From an uncultured Verrucomicrobiota bacterium (GTDB lineage: Bacteria; Verrucomicrobiota; Verrucomicrobiia; Limisphaerales; UBA9464): DNA of 64,000 nucleotides. The stretch is from contig CAIXUG010000070.1 in assembly GCA_903922605.1 (NCBI GenBank), positions 22,407 through 86,406 of the forward strand, given 5' to 3'. This document shows positions 8,241 through 19,477 of the stretch, in pieces. The stretch's first letter is position 1; every line of letters begins with the position of its first letter. Made by a program: the position numbers and the translations under genes. The notes under the pieces were generated by a model. That model searched no databases, had not been told where the DNA came from, and worked only from the letters and a program-made list of their open reading frames with translations.

Positions 8241-10001
8241 TCAGTTCTCGGCGCCGGGGGCGCGGACTTCGAGGAGCTGGGCCTTGAAGATCTCGACGGC
8301 CGCCTGGATCAAGGGGTCGTTTTTGAAGGCCTCCTTGTCGAGCTGAACAGGGGCGACCTTGGCGGGCTTGGGTTCCGGCGGTTTGGCGGCCGGGGCCGGA
8401 CGTGGGGCGGCGGCAGCGGGCTTCGGCGCGGCTTCAGTCGCGGTGGCGGCGAGGGGGACGAGCTTCACCGTCACGTCGCCCACTCCCAGCTCGCTGAGCT
8501 TGGCGGTAAGCAGCGGTTCGTCCCGCTTGGGGTCCAGAAAGCTGAAGTGCTCCGCATCGACGCCGATGGTGAGGAGCCGGTCGGTGAGCGCGATCGCATG
8601 GCCACCCGACAGCATGGTGCGCTGGGCGAAGGCGAGCTTCGTCAACAGGGCGGCGAAGAGGCCGTCCTTGTCGCCGGGAGCGATGATGGGGACAAGGGCG
8701 GATGGGGGGGCCGGAGCAAGAGCAGGAGCGGGAGCGGGTTTCGGCAACTCGGCGGCAACGGTCGCAGGCGGGGCAGGCGACGGTTTTGGGACGAGGGGCG
8801 GCGCTGAGTAGGGTGCTGGCTCGGCTTCGGCCGAAGGGGCGATGGCGGCCCGTTGCGGCGCGGTGTCCCGCAGCGATTTGAGCTGCTTCAGGACCGCATC
8901 AAGGCTCGTGGCTTCGCGGGCCTGGATGGCCTTGAGCAACGTGACTTCGAGGAAGATGCGCTTGGAGGTGGCGTCGCGCTGGCGGCCTTCGGCGACAGTC
9001 AGCACTTCCATGACCCGGGTGAGCGGGTCAGTCTCAATGAGCTTGGCCTGCGCGCCGAGGGTCGTGAGTTCCGCCTCGCTCACCTCGATCAGCGACCTGT
9101 CCCCGCGTGAAACCTGGAAGAGGAGCAGGTTACGGAAATGGTTCAGCAGATCGCTGAGGAGGCGTCCGAGATCCTTGCCGCTCTTGGCCAGCGAATCGAG
9201 CAGCCGCAGCGTCGCCTCGGCCTGCCCGGCGAGGATGGCGCTGCTCAGTTCCAGGAGCTGGGCACGGGCGGCGAGGCCGAACATCGAGAGCACGTCACTC
9301 TCGACGATGGTCGTGCCGCAGAAGCTGATGAGCTGGTCGAGCGTGGATTCCGCATCGCGCATCCCACCATCCGCCCCGCGGGCGATGGCGTGCAGGGCTG
9401 CGTCGTCAATGGTCACGCCTTCCTGCCCGGCGATCCAGGCGAGGTGCTTCACGATGAGCGCCGCCGGGATCCGCCGCAGGTCAAAGCGCTGGCAGCGGCT
9501 CAGGATGGTGATGAGCACCTTCTCCGGGTCCGTGGTGGCGAAGAGGAATTTTACGTGGGCGGGCGGTTCCTCGAGGGTCTTGAGCAGCGCGTTGAACGCG
9601 GCTGTCGAGAGCATGTGGACCTCGTCGATGATGTAGATCTTGAACTTCGACGCGGCCGGGGCGAACCGGGCCGTCTCCCGCAGCTCGCGGACCTGATCGA
9701 CGCCGTTGTTCGACGCGCCGTCGATTTCCAGCACGTCGAGGGAGCGGCCCTGGGTGATTTCCTGTACCCGTGGGTCATTCTCGTCGAAGTCCGCCTTGGG
9801 GCCGCCGGTGCAGTTAAGCGCCTTGGCAAAGATGCGCGCGAGGGTGGTCTTGCCCGTCCCGCGCGGGCCGCAGAACAGGTAGGCATGGGCAATGCGCCCG
9901 GCCTTGATGGCGTTGGCCAGCGTCTGCGTGACGTGTTCCTGACCAACGACATCCTCGAACCGCTGCGGACGGTATTTGCGCGCTATGACCTGATAAGACA
10001 T
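8241..10001 (-). CDS. dnaX: DNA polymerase III subunit gamma/tau
   Basis: From codon 51 of ORF 8241..10151: MSYQVIARKYRPQRFEDVVGQEH..GPRGTGKTT (Walker A)..DEVHML..SRCQRF. Pro/Ala-rich linker and C-terminal tau-like region. Confidence 0.93.
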   Translation of the reverse strand: MSYQVIARKYRPQRFEDVVGQEHVTQTLANAIKAGRIAHAYLFCGPRGTGKTTLARIFAKALNCTGGPKADFDENDPRVQEITQGRSLDVLEIDGASNNGVDQVRELRETARFAPAASKFKIYIIDEVHMLSTAAFNALLKTLEEPPAHVKFLFATTDPEKVLITILSRCQRFDLRRIPAALIVKHLAWIAGQEGVTIDDAALHAIARGADGGMRDAESTLDQLISFCGTTIVESDVLSMFGLAARAQLLELSSAILAGQAEATLRLLDSLAKSGKDLGRLLSDLLNHFRNLLLFQVSRGDRSLIEVSEAELTTLGAQAKLIETDPLTRVMEVLTVAEGRQRDATSKRIFLEVTLLKAIQAREATSLDAVLKQLKSLRDTAPQRAAIAPSAEAEPAPYSAPPLVPKPSPAPPATVAAELPKPAPAPALAPAPPSALVPIIAPGDKDGLFAALLTKLAFAQRTMLSGGHAIALTDRLLTIGVDAEHFSFLDPKRDEPLLTAKLSELGVGDVTVKLVPLAATATEAAPKPAAAAPRPAPAAKPPEPKPAKVAPVQLDKEAFKNDPLIQAAVEIFKAQLLEVRAPGAEN

Positions 10002-10020
10002 CTGGACGCGGACAGAAAAA

Positions 10021-10122
10021 GGAAACCAGGGTGACCACGGCAGACGGGAGCAAACTACCGTTGCTGCCTTCCGGCCCTGGCGGGGTTCGTAAGTCCGCGT
10101 TCCATGGGCCCTGGCGCGGCGG
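10021..10122 (-). ncRNA. ffs: signal recognition particle RNA, small (4.5S) type
   Basis: Minus-strand RNA ..CCAGGGCCCAUGGAACGCGGAC..CCCCGCCAGGGCCGGAAGGCAGCAACGGUAG..GUCUGCCGUGGUCACCCUGGUUUCC followed by UUUUU. The apical GCC-GGAA-GGC tetraloop helix with flanking CAGG / AGCA loops matches domain IV of E. coli 4.5S RNA (CAGGUCCGGAAGGAAGCAGC). Long closing helix CCAGGG..CCCUGG. Conserved ffs-dnaX-ybaB-recR synteny. Ends +/-5 nt. Confidence 0.85.
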
Positions 10123-10224
10123 ATTAAGGAGAACGGGAACGCATGCGGCAAGCGGGGAATTCAAGTTGCGATGCGCTTTCGGCTTGGTGTCCGTCCCGCT
10201 TCCCGGAATATGCGCGGCCCAGCG

Positions 10225-11088
10225 ATGGTTTCGCCCGATTTTCAACTCGTACAGCTCAAGAACGGCAGCTGGAGCGTCCGCTCCGTGGCCGAGGCGGAAA
10301 CGTTTCATCCCGTGGTCGGCCCGGTGGCTGAGGCCGAGGCGCTCTACGTACGACAACTGCAGCTCGCCGAACGCTTCGCCCGGCATCCCGAAGGCGAATT
10401 CGTGATCTGGGACGTGGGTCTGGGGGCGGCGGCGAACGTGCTGACCGCCCTCAAGGCCTTGCGCACCCTGCCAGGCCGCCTCCGGGTCGTAAGCTTCGAC
10501 CATACGCTGAAGCCGCTGCGGTTCGCGCTCACCCATGCCACCGAGCTGGGCTATTACGGTGGTTATGAAGCGGCCTGCGAAGCGCTGCTAGCGGAAGCGG
10601 ATGCGACGTTTCAAAACGGGGAAAACCAAGTGCGCTGGCAAGTGCAAACCGGCGACTTTCCGACCCTGCTAGGTACGCCCGCCGCCCGCTTGTGGCCCAG
10701 TCCGAACGCGATTTTCTTCGACGCCTATTCTCCCGCCAAGAACATGGCGATGTGGACCCTACCACTGTTCCGGCAGCTCCATGACCGGCTGGACCCGGCG
10801 GTGCCCTGCACGCTCGCGACGTATTCGCGGGCGACGCTGCTGCGGGTCACCCTGCTGCTGGCGGGCTGGTATGTCGGGGCCGGCTCGGCCACCGGGGAAA
10901 AGGAAGAGACAACCATCGCGGCCAACTCCCCGGACTTACTCCGCCAGCCCTTGGGTTGCGACTGGCTGGAGCGCGCCCGCCGCTCCACGAGCGCTGAACC
11001 CATGATCACGGCGGTCTACCGGCAGATGCCACTTTCGCCGGCAAGTGCCGCCGCCTTGGCGGCCCACCCTCAGTTCCAAAGTCAGTAG
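10225..11088 (+). CDS. MnmC-like SAM-dependent methyltransferase domain protein (DUF752 type)
   Basis: VIWDVGLGAAAN and FFDAYSPAKNMAMW resemble the FFDxFSPxxNPxxW motif of the MnmC methyltransferase domain. No FAD oxidoreductase domain. Start uncertain (ATGs at 10171, 10210, 10225). Confidence 0.7.
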   Translation: MVSPDFQLVQLKNGSWSVRSVAEAETFHPVVGPVAEAEALYVRQLQLAERFARHPEGEFVIWDVGLGAAANVLTALKALRTLPGRLRVVSFDHTLKPLRFALTHATELGYYGGYEAACEALLAEADATFQNGENQVRWQVQTGDFPTLLGTPAARLWPSPNAIFFDAYSPAKNMAMWTLPLFRQLHDRLDPAVPCTLATYSRATLLRVTLLLAGWYVGAGSATGEKEETTIAANSPDLLRQPLGCDWLERARRSTSAEPMITAVYRQMPLSPASAAALAAHPQFQSQ

Positions 11089-11126
11089 GACGGGCCGGCC
11101 GCACGGGCCTACTGGGGCCGAACCGT

Positions 11127-12953
<1,827 letters not shown>

Positions 12954-13012
12954 GCCGCCAAGGAAGCGGGGAAAGCGGCGGCGGGTCAAGGAGCGCCGAG
13001 CATTGCTCGGCC

Positions 13013-13253
13013 GGAGCGCCGGTCTCCGACCCGGCAGGGCTACACGAGTCGGAACGTAAACGGACAGGGTCGAAGCCTCCCTTGCGGCGGGTCACAAACC
13101 CGCCGGTCGAAGCGGATTGCAAAAACTCCAAGAACCAAGCTCCAACCTCCAATGAAACTCCAAGCTCCAAGGCTCAAGGGCTAGGGTGCGATTGCGGCTT
13201 GGAGGTTGAGCTTTGGTGCTTAACAACCGCGCCGGGTCGGAGACCGGCGCTCC
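13013..13253. mobile_element. MITE-like element with perfect 23-bp terminal inverted repeats
   Basis: 13013-13035 GGAGCGCCGGTCTCCGACCCGGC is the exact reverse complement of 13231-13253 GCCGGGTCGGAGACCGGCGCTCC. The interior holds hairpin CGGCGGGT-cacaa-ACCCGCCG and a 7-nt-period hairpin (CTCCAAG-type arms 13121-13175 versus CTTGGAG-type 13197-13220). No coding capacity. Confidence 0.7.
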
Positions 13254-13269
13254 GCCCCCGCAGCGCGAC

Positions 13270-14655
13270 TCAGGCCGTTTCCTGGATCAGTTCGCGGCGC
13301 GCACCGGTGAGCAGGCGTTCGACGAAATTGGTCGTGTACTGGCCGCGACGGAAGTCGGGGTCCTGCAGGATCGCCTGGGAGAACGGGATCGTCGTCTTCA
13401 CGCCGGTGATCATGTACTCGCTCAGGGCCCGGCCCATCTTGTCCATGGCGTCGGTGCGGTCCTTGCCGTAGGTGATCAGCTTGCCGATCATGGAGTCGTA
13501 ATAGGGCGGGATCGTGTAGCCGGCATAGGCGTGCGAATCCACGCGGACACCGCGACCGCCGGGGGCGTAATACATCTCGATGCGCCCGGGGCTGGGCCGG
13601 AAATCATCGAACGGATTCTCCGCATTGATGCGGGCCTCGATGGCGTGGCCCTTGAAATGGACATCGCCCTGGCTGAGGGAAAGCTTCTCGCCCGCCGCGA
13701 CCAGGATCTGCTGCTTGATGAGATCCACCCCGGTGACCTCCTCGGTGATGGGATGCTCGACCTGGATGCGCTTGTTGACCTCCAGGAAGTAGTAGTTCCC
13801 GGCGTCATCCACGATGAACTCGACCGTACCGGCGTTGGTGTAGCCGGCCACCTCGGCGATCCGCAGCGCGGCCTTGCCCATCTTTTTGCGGTGATCCTTG
13901 AACTCCTTGCGCTCGAACAGCGGCGACGGCGTTTCCTCGATGAGCTTCTGGTTCCGGCGTTGGATGGAGCAGTCGCGCTCCCCCAGATGAATGATGTTGC
14001 CCTTGGTGTCGCCGAGGATCTGGAACTCGATGTGGTGGGGGTTCTCGATGAACTTCTCGATGTAAACCCCGCTGTTGCCGAAGGCCTTTTCCGCCTCGGT
14101 GCGGGCGGTATGGTAGCCCTTGACCAGTGAAACATCGTTGTGGGCTGCCCGCATCCCGCGGCCACCGCCACCGGCGACGGCCTTGATCATGACCGGGTAG
14201 CCAATGCGCTTGGCCACCGTGAGGGCCTCCTGCTCTGTCTCGACCAGGCCTTCGGAGCCCGGTGGAGTGAGCACGCCGGCCTTCTTCGCGAGGTTACGGC
14301 TGCTGGATTTGTCGTGCAGCGCGTTCATCGCCGCCGAACGCGGCCCGATGAAGCGGATGTTGCAGCTTTCGCAGACGTCGGCGAAGTGGGCGTTTTCGCT
14401 CAGGAAGCCGTAACCGGGATGAATGGCATCCACATCCGCGATTTCGGCGGCGGAGATGAGGCGGTCGATCCGGAGGTAGCTGTCGGTGCTGGGGCCTTCG
14501 CCGATGCAGATGGCCTCGTCGGCCACCTGCACGTGCATGGAACTCGCGTCGGCCTTGGAATAGACGGCCACCGTCTTGATGTTGAGTTCGCGGCAGGTGC
14601 GGATGACCCGCATGGCGATCTCACCTCGATTGGCGACCAGAATTTTCTCGAACAT
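13270..14655 (-). CDS. accC: acetyl-CoA carboxylase biotin carboxylase subunit
   Basis: From ATG 14655: [26 protein letters not shown]-grasp [13 protein letters not shown]-like [10 protein letters not shown]. The upstream 20 codons of the ORF are unlikely to be coding. Confidence 0.96.
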   Translation of the reverse strand: MFEKILVANRGEIAMRVIRTCRELNIKTVAVYSKADASSMHVQVADEAICIGEGPSTDSYLRIDRLISAAEIADVDAIHPGYGFLSENAHFADVCESCNIRFIGPRSAAMNALHDKSSSRNLAKKAGVLTPPGSEGLVETEQEALTVAKRIGYPVMIKAVAGGGGRGMRAAHNDVSLVKGYHTARTEAEKAFGNSGVYIEKFIENPHHIEFQILGDTKGNIIHLGERDCSIQRRNQKLIEETPSPLFERKEFKDHRKKMGKAALRIAEVAGYTNAGTVEFIVDDAGNYYFLEVNKRIQVEHPITEEVTGVDLIKQQILVAAGEKLSLSQGDVHFKGHAIEARINAENPFDDFRPSPGRIEMYYAPGGRGVRVDSHAYAGYTIPPYYDSMIGKLITYGKDRTDAMDKMGRALSEYMITGVKTTIPFSQAILQDPDFRRGQYTTNFVERLLTGARRELIQETA

Positions 14656-14721
14656 GGATAGGTAAATTGGATTCCCCGTCTCCCGCTTGGGACGGAAGCC
14701 GGGCGATCTCCGCAACGGAAA

Positions 14722-15195
14722 TCAGATCGGCCGGACCCGGAAGAGCGGCTGGCCGAACTCGACGGGCTTGGCGTTCTCAGCCAGCACCTCGGTGATGATG
14801 CCCCGGGTCTCGGCCTTGATCTCGTTCATCACCTTCATCGCCTCGATGATGCAGACGACCGTATCCGGACCGACTTCGGAGCCCACCTCGACATAGGAAG
14901 CCGAATCAGGTGAGGGAGACCGGTACAGCGTGCCGATCATGGGGGATTTGATCTCGGCATCCCCGGCCGCGGCAGCCACCGGAGGGGGAGCCGAATGGGT
15001 CGGCCCGGTTGCGGACCGGGACAACGTCGAGTAGGCAGTCAGTTCAGGATCATCCACCGGGGTCACCGCCGGCTGGCTCGTTCCCCCGATGGGACGCTTG
15101 AGCTTGATCTTGAAATCCTTCTCCTCGAGTTCGAACTCCGAGAGGGAGTTCTTCTTCATCAGGTCGATGATGGCCTTAATCTCTTTCAGATCCAC
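14722..15195 (-). CDS. accB: acetyl-CoA carboxylase biotin carboxyl carrier protein
   Basis: 157 aa. C-terminal biotinyl domain with the EAMKVMNEI biotinylation motif. Pro/Ala linker. Confidence 0.95.
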   Translation of the reverse strand: MDLKEIKAIIDLMKKNSLSEFELEEKDFKIKLKRPIGGTSQPAVTPVDDPELTAYSTLSRSATGPTHSAPPPVAAAAGDAEIKSPMIGTLYRSPSPDSASYVEVGSEVGPDTVVCIIEAMKVMNEIKAETRGIITEVLAENAKPVEFGQPLFRVRPI

Positions 15196-15386
15196 GTCGG
15201 GCTCCGGGGTGGACCGCTCGGAAGGCGGTCGGTTAAAGTCGTTTTCAGGAAATAAAAAGAGCAGATGCTCAAAAGTGGCTTCTGCTCATGCGTGTCACAG
15301 GGCCGGCACACTAGGAATCGGTTGGGGGGAGGTCAAGTCACATCGCAGGCCACAAAAGGCATGTCAAACTCGACAAAAACCAAGGT

Positions 15387-15827
15387 TTACCGAGCTCCGT
15401 TAATGCTAACGGCGGCTTCCAGGCCCAAAAGATAGGATTGCGCGCCAAAACCGCTGATCTGCCCGCGGCAAACGGCGGCAATCAAGGACCGGTGCCGGAA
15501 TTCCTCCCGGGCATGGATGTTTGACAGGTGAATCTCCACCGTGGGCACTTCGGCCGAGGTGATGGCATCACGCAGAGCCACGCTGGTGTGGGTATAGGCA
15601 GCCGCGTTGAGCACGATGGCATCCACCACCCCCCGGGCCTGCTGAATCCAAGTGACCAGTTCGCCCTCCTGATTGGTCTGGCGGAACTCGATCTCCACAT
15701 CCCCCAGCCGCCCCGCCCTTTCACGGACCATGGCCTCGATGTCGGCCAGGGTAGTCCGGCCATAAACCTCCGGCTGCCGGGTACCCAGCAGGTTGAGGTT
15801 CGGCCCGTTGAGAAACAGGATTTTCAT
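15387..15827 (-). CDS. aroQ: type II 3-dehydroquinate dehydratase
   Basis: [53 protein letters not shown] are canonical AroQ motifs. Confidence 0.96.
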   Translation of the reverse strand: MKILFLNGPNLNLLGTRQPEVYGRTTLADIEAMVRERAGRLGDVEIEFRQTNQEGELVTWIQQARGVVDAIVLNAAAYTHTSVALRDAITSAEVPTVEIHLSNIHAREEFRHRSLIAAVCRGQISGFGAQSYLLGLEAAVSINGAR

Positions 15828-15952
15828 CAGCGGGAGGGTTTTAGTCGCCGGGACGGCGGGAGTCGAACTGGAAAGCAGGCAGGGGTGCTGGGATGCGGGG
15901 GTGCAGAGGAGACAAGGGCGATTTGAAGGTTCCCGCAGTTCCGATCACCCAT

Positions 15953-15994
15953 TTGAACGTTGGGCGTTCAAAGTTGGACGTTGGACGTTCTTTG
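15953..15994. repeat. 7-nt-period tandem repeat (TTGAACG/TTGGACG family x6)
   Basis: TTGAACG TTGGGCG TTCAAAG TTGGACG TTGGACG TTCTTTG. Same family as 21744-21799 and 37293-37334. Confidence 0.8.
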
Positions 15995-16189
15995 CCGGGA
16001 CTGATCTTGGACACCGAACCCGGGATCTCGTCCTTTTCGTGTCGATTCGGCAAAGTTGGGTTGACTTTTTCCTTACAGGTTTGAACGTGAGGGTCAGTTG
16101 TTAGGTCTTAGCGCTTTAGTTCCCGGCTGGTAACCCGCCGCGAGTAACGGCGGGCCAAGGTTGGCGAGCAGGGCAGCCAAGTTGATCGT

Positions 16190-16357
16190 ATGACCAAGAG
16201 CAACGACCTCATCGCGGACGCGCTCCGCGATTCCAAGTACCCCTTCCGTGCCGTCGCTGACCGGCCGAAGAAATCCCAAAAACACCGCTATGAACGCCGC
16301 AAGGCGCGCGAGTACCTGAAACTCGCCGACTGGTCGGACGACGCGCTGCCGGCCTGA
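16190..16357 (+). CDS. hypothetical small basic protein (55 aa)
   Basis: Below the ORF-track size cut-off. ATG 16190..TGA 16355-16357 gives MTKSNDLIADALRDSKYPFRAVADRPKKSQKHRYERRKAREYLKLADWSDDALPA. G/C-rich third codon positions like neighbouring genes. The overlapping 90-aa minus ORF looks like its antisense artefact. Confidence 0.45.
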   Translation: MTKSNDLIADALRDSKYPFRAVADRPKKSQKHRYERRKAREYLKLADWSDDALPA

Positions 16358-16419
16358 GCCGAGCACGATTCGTCCGCCAAAAGCTTGCCCCCGGCCCGCC
16401 CGGCGCGGAAAACAGGTTC

Positions 16420-17769
16420 ATGCTGTTTCGCGTCGCATGGGTGATTCTCCTCGCCGTCGCCGTACGGGCGTCGGACTGGCCCCGGTTTCTCGGCCCGCAA
16501 GGTGACAGCACCTCGACCGAGACCAACTTGATCGACCGCTTCCCGACGAACGGCCCGCCGGTGGTCTTTGATCTCCCGACCGGCATCGGCTACGCCGCGC
16601 CTTCCGTGCGTGCCGGCAAGCTGGTGCTGTTCCACCGGGTGGAGAACTTCGAGATCATCCAGGTGCTGGACGCCGTCACCGCCAAACCGCTCTGGCGGCA
16701 CGCCTATCCCACCCGTTATCAGGACCCTTACGGGTACAACAACGGTCCCCGGTGTGCGCCCCTGCTGACGACCAACCGCATCTATACCTTTGGTGCCGAG
16801 GGCAAACTGACGTGCGTGGACCTGAGCAACGGGGCGGAACTCTGGCAGCGCGACACCGCCAAGGATTTCGAGGTGCCCGAGGCGTTCTTCGGGATTGGCA
16901 GCACGCCCCTGCTCGAGGACGGCAAGCTGATTGTCATGGTGGGCGGCCAACCGAACTCCGGCGTGGTCGCTTTGGACCCGGAGACCGGCAAGACCCTTTG
17001 GGAATCGGTCGGCGAGAAAAACTGGACCGGCCAGCCGATGCTGGACTGGCCCGGGGACCGGGTGGTCGAATGGGATCGTTCGGAAAAGCAGGCCAGCTAC
17101 AGCTCGCCCGTTGCCGCCACGGTGAACGGGCAGCGGCTGCTCTTCTGCCTGATGCGCCAGGGGCTCGTCGCGCTGGATCCGAAGGATGGGGCGGTCAGAT
17201 TTTCCCGCTGGTTCCGCGCCCGGGTGCCGGAATCGGTCAATGCCTCCGATCCCGTCGTCTTCGGCAGCGACGTGCTGATTTCCAGCGCCTACTACCACAC
17301 GGGCTCCGCACTGCTGCGGGTCGGCGCAGGCAGCACGAATTTCACGCAGGTTTGGCGCGGGTTGGGGCTCGAAATGCACTGGAGCACACCGATCCTGCAC
17401 AACGGATTCCTCTACGGTTTCAGCGGTCGCAACGAGCCAGACGCGCGCCTGCGCTGCGTGGAATTCGCCACCGGGGCGATCAAATGGGAACGCGATGAGA
17501 GTTTCGCCAAACACTCCCTCGAACAGCCGCCCGTTTTCGGCCGCGGCTCGTTCGTCTTCGCCGACGGCAAGCTGTTCGCGCTGGGTGAAGGCGGCCTGCT
17601 CGGGATCTTCCGCCCCAACCCCGCGCAGTGCGAGGAAGTGAGCCGGTGGCAGGTGCCCTCGCTCAAGCAGCCGTGCTGGGCCAGTCCTGTGCTGGCGGAT
17701 GGCCGGCTCTATCTCCGGGGCGAGGACCGGCTCGTGTGCGTGGACCTCGCCCGCACCCGGAGTCCTTGA
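16420..17769 (+). CDS. PQQ-like beta-propeller repeat protein (secreted)
   Basis: Signal peptide MLFRVAWVILLAVAVRASDWPRFLGP, then repeated propeller blades (..LYLRGEDRLVCVDL at the C-terminus), typical of PVC outer-membrane-associated PQQ-like propellers. Confidence 0.85.
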   Translation: MLFRVAWVILLAVAVRASDWPRFLGPQGDSTSTETNLIDRFPTNGPPVVFDLPTGIGYAAPSVRAGKLVLFHRVENFEIIQVLDAVTAKPLWRHAYPTRYQDPYGYNNGPRCAPLLTTNRIYTFGAEGKLTCVDLSNGAELWQRDTAKDFEVPEAFFGIGSTPLLEDGKLIVMVGGQPNSGVVALDPETGKTLWESVGEKNWTGQPMLDWPGDRVVEWDRSEKQASYSSPVAATVNGQRLLFCLMRQGLVALDPKDGAVRFSRWFRARVPESVNASDPVVFGSDVLISSAYYHTGSALLRVGAGSTNFTQVWRGLGLEMHWSTPILHNGFLYGFSGRNEPDARLRCVEFATGAIKWERDESFAKHSLEQPPVFGRGSFVFADGKLFALGEGGLLGIFRPNPAQCEEVSRWQVPSLKQPCWASPVLADGRLYLRGEDRLVCVDLARTRSP

Positions 17770-17792
17770 GGTGTCGCGAGCCCTTCATCACG

Positions 17793-17861
17793 GAGAGCCG
17801 GTGTCTGACGCGGCGCGAATCCAGCATCAACCAACACGCCGGGTCGGAGACCGGCGCCCCA
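17793..17861. repeat. short hairpin copy of the GGAGCGCCGGTCTCCGACCCGGC repeat family
   Basis: 17838-17861 CGCCGGGTCGGAGACCGGCGCCCC closely matches the right TIR of the 13013-13253 element. A degenerate inverted partner GGAGAGCCGGTGTCTGACGCGGCG lies at 17793-17816. Confidence 0.65.
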
Positions 17862-17930
17862 GGGCCCCAAAGTTCTGCTTTGAATTCGTTGGGTTTCGGG
17901 AAAACGTCTGCGCCAGCTGAGTCCACGCCC

Positions 17931-18677
17931 ATGAAAGTCCTTATCCTTGCCGCCGGTTATGCCACCCGCCTGTATCCGCTTACACTGACGCAGCCCAAGC
18001 CGCTGCTGCCGGTCGCGGGCAAACCGATGGTGGACTACGTGTTGGACAACCTTTCGCCCATCCCGGGCATCGACCGCGTTTACATCGTCACCAACGCCAA
18101 ATTCGCCGGACACTTCCAGAAGTGGGCGGACAATTATCGCGCGACGAAGTCCAAGCTCGATTTTACCATCATCAACGACGGCTCGACGGATGATTCCAAC
18201 AAGCTCGGTGCCATCGGTGATCTGAACCTGGTGCTGCAAAAGGAGAAGGTGGACGACGATCTCATCGTGGTCGCCGGCGACAACCTCTTCAGCCAGTCCC
18301 TGGAAAAATTCGGCACCTTCTGCCGGGAAAAGAACCAGCCGGTGCTGGGCGTCTATGACGTTGACTCACTCGACCAGGCCAAGAAATACGGCGTCGTGGA
18401 TATCGAGGACGATGGTCGCATCACCAGCTTCGTCGAAAAGCCGGCCAACCCGACCAGCACCCTGATCGGCATCGCCCTGTATTTCTACCCGAAGGCCACG
18501 CTGCCGCTCATCAAGCAATACCTGGCCGAGGGCAACAACCCCGACCAGCCGGGCCGGCTCATCCAGTGGCTCTATCCCCGGCAGTCCGTTTATACGTGGA
18601 GCGTGCCGGGCATCTGGTACGACATCGGCTCGAAGGAGACCCTCGAGGAGGCCAACCGCATCTACGGCAAGCGGTGA
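17931..18677 (+). CDS. sugar-phosphate nucleotidyltransferase (NTP_transferase family)
   Basis: From ATG 17931: MKVLILAAGYATRLYPLTLTQPKPLLPVAGKPMVDYVL (GxGxR signature). The upstream part of ORF 17628.. crosses a repeat and is rejected. Confidence 0.88.
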   Translation: MKVLILAAGYATRLYPLTLTQPKPLLPVAGKPMVDYVLDNLSPIPGIDRVYIVTNAKFAGHFQKWADNYRATKSKLDFTIINDGSTDDSNKLGAIGDLNLVLQKEKVDDDLIVVAGDNLFSQSLEKFGTFCREKNQPVLGVYDVDSLDQAKKYGVVDIEDDGRITSFVEKPANPTSTLIGIALYFYPKATLPLIKQYLAEGNNPDQPGRLIQWLYPRQSVYTWSVPGIWYDIGSKETLEEANRIYGKR

Positions 18678-19477
18678 AGCCGCCCGTTCTCGAAATCAGC
18701 GGCCTCACCATCGTCCGCGACGGCACGCGCATCCTGCAGGACCTGTCGTGGCGGGTGGAAACCGGCCAGCATTGGGTCATTCTGGGCGCGAATGGCTCCG
18801 GCAAGACTTCCCTGCTGTCCGCGCTGACCGGCTACCTCATGCCCACGGCGGGCGACATCACCCTGCTGGGCCAGCGCTATGGCGAAAGCGACTGGCGCGA
18901 ACTGCGAACCCGTGTCGGCCTGGTCAGCTCGTCCATCCGTCAGCTGATGGCCGACACCGAACCCGCGCTGTTCACCGTCGCCAGCGGCCGGTACGCGATG
19001 ATTGATTTTTGGGGCACACCGTCACGCGCTGACCGAAAGAGGGCCAAGGAACTCCTGCAGCTCGTCGAATGCAGCCACCTCGCCAGCCGCTCCTGGGCGG
19101 TGCTGAGCCAGGGCGAGCGCCAGCGCATCCTGATCGCGCGCGCGCTCATGGCCCGGCCGCAGGTTCTGATCCTGGATGAACCCTGCGCCGGGCTCGACCC
19201 CGTTGCCCGCGAGCATTTTCTGCAATTCCTGGACCGGCTTGCCGTGACCCCGGACTCCCCCACCCTGCTGTTCGTCACGCATCACGTGGAGGAGATCACT
19301 TCGGTGTTTTCCCATGCGCTGATGCTGCGTGGCGGGCAGGTCATTGCAACTGGGCCGCGTCGCAAGGTGCTGACTTCGGCCAACTTGACGACACTCTTTG
19401 GAGCCAAAGTCATCCTCGGAAAACGCGCCGGTCGCCACACGCTGGCCGTTTCGGGCCATTCCAGCCACGCGATGTAG
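18674..19477 (+). CDS. ABC transporter ATP-binding protein (no adjacent permease)
   Basis: GTG at 18674 overlaps the preceding TGA (GTGA). Walker A GANGSGKT, signature LSQGERQ, Walker B LILDEP, H-loop VTHH. Confidence 0.88.
   Translation: MKPPVLEISGLTIVRDGTRILQDLSWRVETGQHWVILGANGSGKTSLLSALTGYLMPTAGDITLLGQRYGESDWRELRTRVGLVSSSIRQLMADTEPALFTVASGRYAMIDFWGTPSRADRKRAKELLQLVECSHLASRSWAVLSQGERQRILIARALMARPQVLILDEPCAGLDPVAREHFLQFLDRLAVTPDSPTLLFVTHHVEEITSVFSHALMLRGGQVIATGPRRKVLTSANLTTLFGAKVILGKRAGRHTLAVSGHSSHAM

Noticed and set aside
8241-10001. Programmed -1 frameshift site in dnaX (as in E. coli gamma/tau)
   Set aside because: I saw no A-AAA-AAG-type slippery heptamer in the coding strand. The only A-run (AAAAAC near the 3-prime end) is not in a plausible position.
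10002-10151. N-terminal 50-codon extension of the dnaX ORF (TTG start)
   Set aside because: The extension overlies the SRP RNA gene. The conserved DnaX N-terminus MSYQVIARKYRP begins at the internal ATG.
17628-17930. Upstream extension of the nucleotidyltransferase ORF, and similar extensions 5321..5773 and 19398..19595
   Set aside because: These extensions overlap the end of the preceding gene or cross repeat elements. The recognisable domains or signal peptides begin at internal ATGs.
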